DNA of 38,155 bases, taken from Chiloscyllium plagiosum. Its lineage: Eukaryota. The notes below the pieces were generated by a model, which worked only from the letters and a program-made list of their open reading frames with translations, made no database searches and was not told the origin of the DNA. The translations under genes and the position numbers were made by a program. Location: positions 8,744,293 to 8,782,447 of the forward strand of contig NC_057749.1 in assembly GCF_004010195.1 (NCBI RefSeq), read 5' to 3'. Below are positions 33,941 through 38,155 of this stretch, in pieces (the first letter of the stretch is position 1; the number at the start of each line of letters is the position of its first letter).

Positions 33941-33979
33941 ATCAAACTCTCGTGATAACTGGGTTGGCCGAATTATGAT

Positions 33980-34108
33980 GGAGGAGAAACTTCTGGAGAC
34001 GCTAGAGATCCGAGTTGAGAGTGTGATGCTGGAAAAGCACAGCAGGTCAGGCAGCATCCGAGAAGCAGGAGAATTGATGTTTCGGGCTAAAGCCCTTCAC
34101 CAGGAATC
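33980..34108 (-). mobile_element. PLE-like element arm, hammerhead with mutated core
   Basis: Minus strand ATTC-CTGGTGA-A-GGGC-ttta-GCCC-GAAA-ca-TC-AATT (A6 mutated to G). Confidence 0.75.
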
Positions 34109-34517
34109 TGGCTCAGAGGCAGGGGCAGGGCTGAGCCACAGGACCTCTCCATTGTTAATACACTGAACAGTTAGATGGCCACAGAGTGAGCTGGGTGTAC
34201 TCTGCTAGAATTGGAGAGAGCCGCTTTGGTTGTCAGACACTTGGATTGGCCTTGCTGCTTGGCCCATCTGAATCTCCTGATGTTCAATGACGTTGAGGGA
34301 AAGATGATGCAAATCTCTGGCAGCTGCTGCCTGATTGGTTGAAGTTGTAAATCAGAACCTACCTACTTAAATGAACAAAATGTTTGCCATGTCTGATACA
34401 CTTCTTTTAATTAAAGGGGCACATTGCTGTGGGTGAGAGTTCCTAAGAATGACTAACACATCCAGTGAAATGTTTTTTTTTAAGAGTTATTCAACTTGTT
34501 CATTGAAATGCTGGAAC

Positions 34518-34755
34518 TGGTTCGATTCCACCCTCGGGCAGCTGTCTGTGTGGAGTTTGCACATTCTCCCTGTGTCTGCGTGGGTTTCCTTCGGGTACTC
34601 CGGTTTCCTCCCGCAGTCCAAAGATGTGCAGGTCAAGGTAGATTAGCCAGGCTAAATTGCCCGTAGTGTTCAGGGATGTACAAGCTAGGTGGGTTAGGCA
34701 TGGGAAATGCAGGGCTATGGGTCAAATGGCCTGCTTCCACACTGTCAGGATTCAC
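34518..34755 (+). mobile_element. HE1-type SINE, 5'-truncated
   Basis: Starts at B-box GGTTCGATTCC; V-domain present. Confidence 0.85.
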
Positions 34756-34759
34756 TGAT

Positions 34760-34962
34760 CAAAGGGACAAGGTAAGGGCCTAAGTTTTCTTCCCTAAAGC
34801 ACCAATGTTCGCCTTTCCAACAAACGATTTGTGGTCATGAATTCCAGATTTTTATTGATTTCAAATCGGCCGGATGGGATTTCAATCCCAGGTCCCCAGA
34901 ACATTACCCGGATCTCTGGATTAACAGTCCAGTAACAGTGCCACTAGGCCATCGTCTCCCCA
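34760..34962 (-). mobile_element. tRNA-derived SINE (family 2) 5' part
   Basis: CCACTAGGCCATCGTCTCCC reverse-complement head. Confidence 0.7.
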
Positions 34963-35927
34963 GCAGGATCTTTCTGGATCTGGAGAGGATGGGAGAAAAT
35001 TGGAAAGAAATTTTTAAAACCAAAAAAGTAATTTCCCTAGATTTTAGCAACCCAGTGTATTGAGGCACCTCAGAGTGCAACGCATGCAGGATGGAGAAAA
35101 GTTAAATTTTGTTTTGTTTTCTACATACTGTTACAAACTTAAGAATAAAGAGTATTTCTAGAGTGTTTTATCTCTTAAAAATTGTCAATATAACTTTAGA
35201 ATATCATTCATCTATTTAATTATTCCCATATTTTTGCCAATAGCCAAGTTATTGAAAGTGATTGTGATATCTTTTTAACTTCCCTCTTCTATCTGATGGG
35301 AGTGCCCCCATACTGTGTCAGTCCATTTGTCCTCCATTTTCACAAGCCTGTTGCTCGTCATTGATGGAAGCCTTTTGAATGTTGACCCTTCATTGTGCCA
35401 CCAGCACAAGAGTAAATAATTGTTGAACAAGTAGGCCAACAAAAGAACTGCAACCGGATGCTGACATCAGGCAGAGGAGGGGGTGGGGGAGACTTGTCAA
35501 CACTGCGGCCTAGTGGAAAAGGCCTCAGTCACTTTCACCTCAGCCCAGACTGCCTCATAAATCCATCAGAGCTCTCCTGTCAGTGCTGAAGCTCCCACAT
35601 TGTTTTCCTGATCTGGGAGTTTAACTCGGAGGGTGTTTTATTTTCTGGAAAGTGGGGGTGAGGGGTTGGGGTGTTGGGAAAGAATGATAAAGTGATGTTT
35701 TAGTCAACACTATAGACAGCTGCTCTGTATAAAAGGCTGTCAGGTTCTGTCCACACAATTCACTGAGCAGCCAAGGCAGGAAAGAGAATGAGAGTGTCAT
35801 CAAACGTAATGTGTTCTCACCATAGTGTCAAACATTAGTGTGCACTGTTAGAAAGTTTTTTTTTAACTTTAGTAAGTACCAGTTGTTTGGGTGAGATGTT
35901 AAATGGCGTCCCCAATTTCCTCTCAGC

Positions 35928-36465
35928 CAGAGTCCTACAGCATGGAAACCGACCCTTCAATCCAACCAGGTTTCCCAAATGAAAATAGTCCCACTTGCTT
36001 GCATTTGACTCATATCTCTGTAAATCTTTCCTATTAATGCATCTGTCCAAATCTCTCTCCAATGTTGTAACTGTACCTGCATCCACCACACCCTCGGGCA
36101 GTTCGTTCTGCCTACCACCCACCCTTTGTGTGGAAAAAGTTGTCCTCCGGTCCCATTTAAATCCATCTCCTCTCATTCTAAAATGATGCCCTCTTGTTTT
36201 GAACTCCCCCAGGGAAAAGACTTTTACTGTTCACCTCATCTATGCCCCTCATGATTTTATAAACCTTTGTAAGGTCACCCTTCAACCTCCTACGCTGCCG
36301 GGGGAAGAATTCTTGGCCTATCCAGTCTCTCCTTCTAACTCAAACCCTCCAGTCCCAGTAACATCCGTACAAATATTTCTGTATCCTTTCCAATTTAATA
36401 ACATCCTTCCTATAGTAGGGCAACCAGAACATAAAACAGTGCTCCAACAGTGCCTTCACCAACTG
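35928..36465 (-). mobile_element. HER1/CR1 LINE 3' end
   Basis: Minus ORFs LVKALLEHCFMFWLPYYRKDVIKLERIQK and ELPEGVVDAGTVTT. Confidence 0.88.
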
Positions 36466-37065
36466 GATATTAAAGACCCCTGTGTCAAAAAGGTAAGGCT
36501 GGATTCTCCGACATGTGACAGTCCATGTTATCCTTTTAATTAACATTAAAGACTACCCAGTCATCAACGCACGACTGGTGCCAACACCTACATTATAGTA
36601 GCCAGGACACTTCAGAGTGTTTCATTGACTGTATGGCGATTTTGGGATGTGGTGAAGTTGTGAAAGACGCTATTTAAAATGAAACCCCTTCACTTCTGGG
36701 AGTTTGCTGAATGGATCGAGTTCACTGAGGTTCTAACGACCTGGACTGTCACAGGAGCTTCAGTGTGTTGTAGGACTTGAAAGGGTTAACTGACATCTCT
36801 AGAGAAGCTCCACCCATTAGCTATAGAACACGGTGTTCCTGGGTGGAGCTAACTGTTTCTCCATTGATTCGCCATGTGTCTGAACAGGTTCTTGAGTTGT
36901 TCTCTCTGTAAATAGCACATCGCTAAAGCAGTAGTTGTGCTTACTTTTACCTTGAGTTCAGTTGTCCCTTAAGACCAGCATGAGTTTGAGATATAATGTT
37001 ACCAGCCGTTAAGTCATCTGGAATGAACCAATTTACTCTACAAGAAGATTCAATTACTCTACTGT

Positions 37066-37243
37066 GGAGAAAGTGAGGACTGCAGATGCTGGAGATCAGA
37101 GATTAGAGTGTGGTGCTGGAAAAGCACAGCAGGTCAGGTAGTATCTGAGTAGCAGGAGAATCAATATTTCTGGCATAAGTCCTCTTGGATCCCTGATGAA
37201 GGGCCTGTCCCCGAAACGTTGATTCTCCTGCTCCTTGGATGCT
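37066..37243. mobile_element. Partly palindromic PLE-like element with + strand hammerhead motif
   Basis: Arm as at 931. CTGATGA(37193-37199)-A-GGG..CCC-GAAA-cg-TT-GATT in the inverted arm. Confidence 0.8.
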
Positions 37244-37693
37244 ACTCTCTCATGGACGTGGAGTGACATCGTTCCTCCTGTGGTATCAGTCGGCTAAAGT
37301 AAAACTCGCAGGAAAGATTGCTCTCTCAAATCGACCAAAGCCATCCCAGGTACTTTCAATGGGACCCAACGTGACAATGAAATGAAACTTTATCGGTAAC
37401 GTGGACTGCGACCAATGGGAAGGATTGGTGAAAATGAATCCATCTAAGGCAATATATGATTCCAGTGGACACAGTTAGAACAGAGACAACTTTACCAAGC
37501 TGATCCAGTTCTAAGTCCCTTGCAGGCCCAATTTATCCTCAACTTCGAGTAAAGCTCTCTCACTCTCAGTAATACTGTCAACTATCTACACTAAGGCCTG
37601 CATTACACGTACAGTGCCTCCCTTCACTCTCCTCCACTCTGAGTCTATGTCACGCGTTTCACTCTGCTCTGCTGATCTCATAGTTACCAAACA

Positions 37694-37729
37694 CATCATC
37701 ATCATCATCACCACCACCACCACCACCAC
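37694..37729. repeat. (CAT)n(CAC)n trinucleotide repeat
   Basis: Direct inspection. Confidence 0.9.
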
Positions 37730-37745
37730 TGCTATATCCAGAGCT

Positions 37746-37960
37746 GGGGGATTGGTTAGCTCAGTTGGCTGGATGCCTGATTTATGATGTCGAGTGACAC
37801 CAACAGTGGGGGTTCAATTCTCACATCAGGCTGAGGTGACCACGAAGGACTCTCCTTCTCAACCTCTCCCCTTGCCTGAGGCACAGTGACCTTCGGGTTT
37901 AAACCACTACTAGTTGCCTCTCTTTAATGAGAGGGCAGGCTATGGTCTTCTGGGACTTCA
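37746..37960 (+). mobile_element. tRNA-derived SINE (third family, unassigned)
   Basis: A-box TAGCTCAGTTGG and B-box GGTTCAATTC with tRNA-like spacing, followed by a non-tRNA body. Confidence 0.65.
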
Positions 37961-38003
37961 CTGGTTTCATCATCTTCCCCTCTTCCCCCCCCCCCCCCCC
38001 CCC

Positions 38004-38155
38004 AATCTAGTTCCAGATCCGACCTTCCGACTCGGCACCACCCTCTTGAACTGCCCTACCTGTCCATCTGCCTTCCCAACTATCCACTCTACCTTCACCT
38101 ATCAGCATTACCCCCATCTGCATCTATCTATCTCTCTCCCCGCTACCCCATTCCC
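38004..38155 (+). mobile_element. Probable Penelope-like element 3' region (runs off window)
   Basis: C-rich CCTTCCGACTCGGCACCACCCTCTTGAACTGCCCTACCTGTCCATC resembles recalled shark PLE 3' sequence. Confidence 0.45.

Noticed and set aside
37694..37729. Poly-His-encoding CAT/CAC run
   Set aside because: No surrounding ORF or splice signals support it, so it is treated as a microsatellite.
37746..37830. Possible tRNA gene
   Set aside because: A/B boxes are present but no clean cloverleaf or terminator, and the sequence continues into a SINE-like body.
23527..38155. Downstream ARID-domain exons (LYELD..RKEFLDDLF) or the small ARID3B linker exon
   Set aside because: No convincing match was seen by eye. 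They probably lie beyond the window, though a short divergent exon could have been missed.

Overview
Vertebrate genomic DNA, almost certainly a cartilaginous fish (shark). The repeat families match HE1-type SINEs and HER1/CR1 LINEs, and this is inferred from recalled consensus sequences, not from a search. Most of the window is decayed retroelement sequence: CR1, L2, Rex1/Babar, several tRNA-SINEs and Penelope-like (PLE) derivatives. It holds the 5' part of one + strand host gene, an ARID3-family transcription factor, most likely ARID3B. A 45-nt start-codon exon (11046-11090) splices in phase 0 across an 11.8-kb intron to a 594-nt exon (22933-23526) ending in the conserved ...W.YEEQFKQ|GT. No ARID-domain exon was found in the window. 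The most notable hidden structure is a set of about a dozen short, often palindromic PLE-like elements carrying minimal type-I hammerhead ribozyme motifs. Four have 12-17 bp target-site duplications, and one subfamily has a compensatory U3-A8 catalytic core. Other oddities are a ~100-bp exon-like fragment inserted into a SINE, a 39-bp minisatellite derived from a Deu-type SINE, and a 177-bp tandem duplication of a LINE 3' end. Repeat boundaries are read by eye and approximate.
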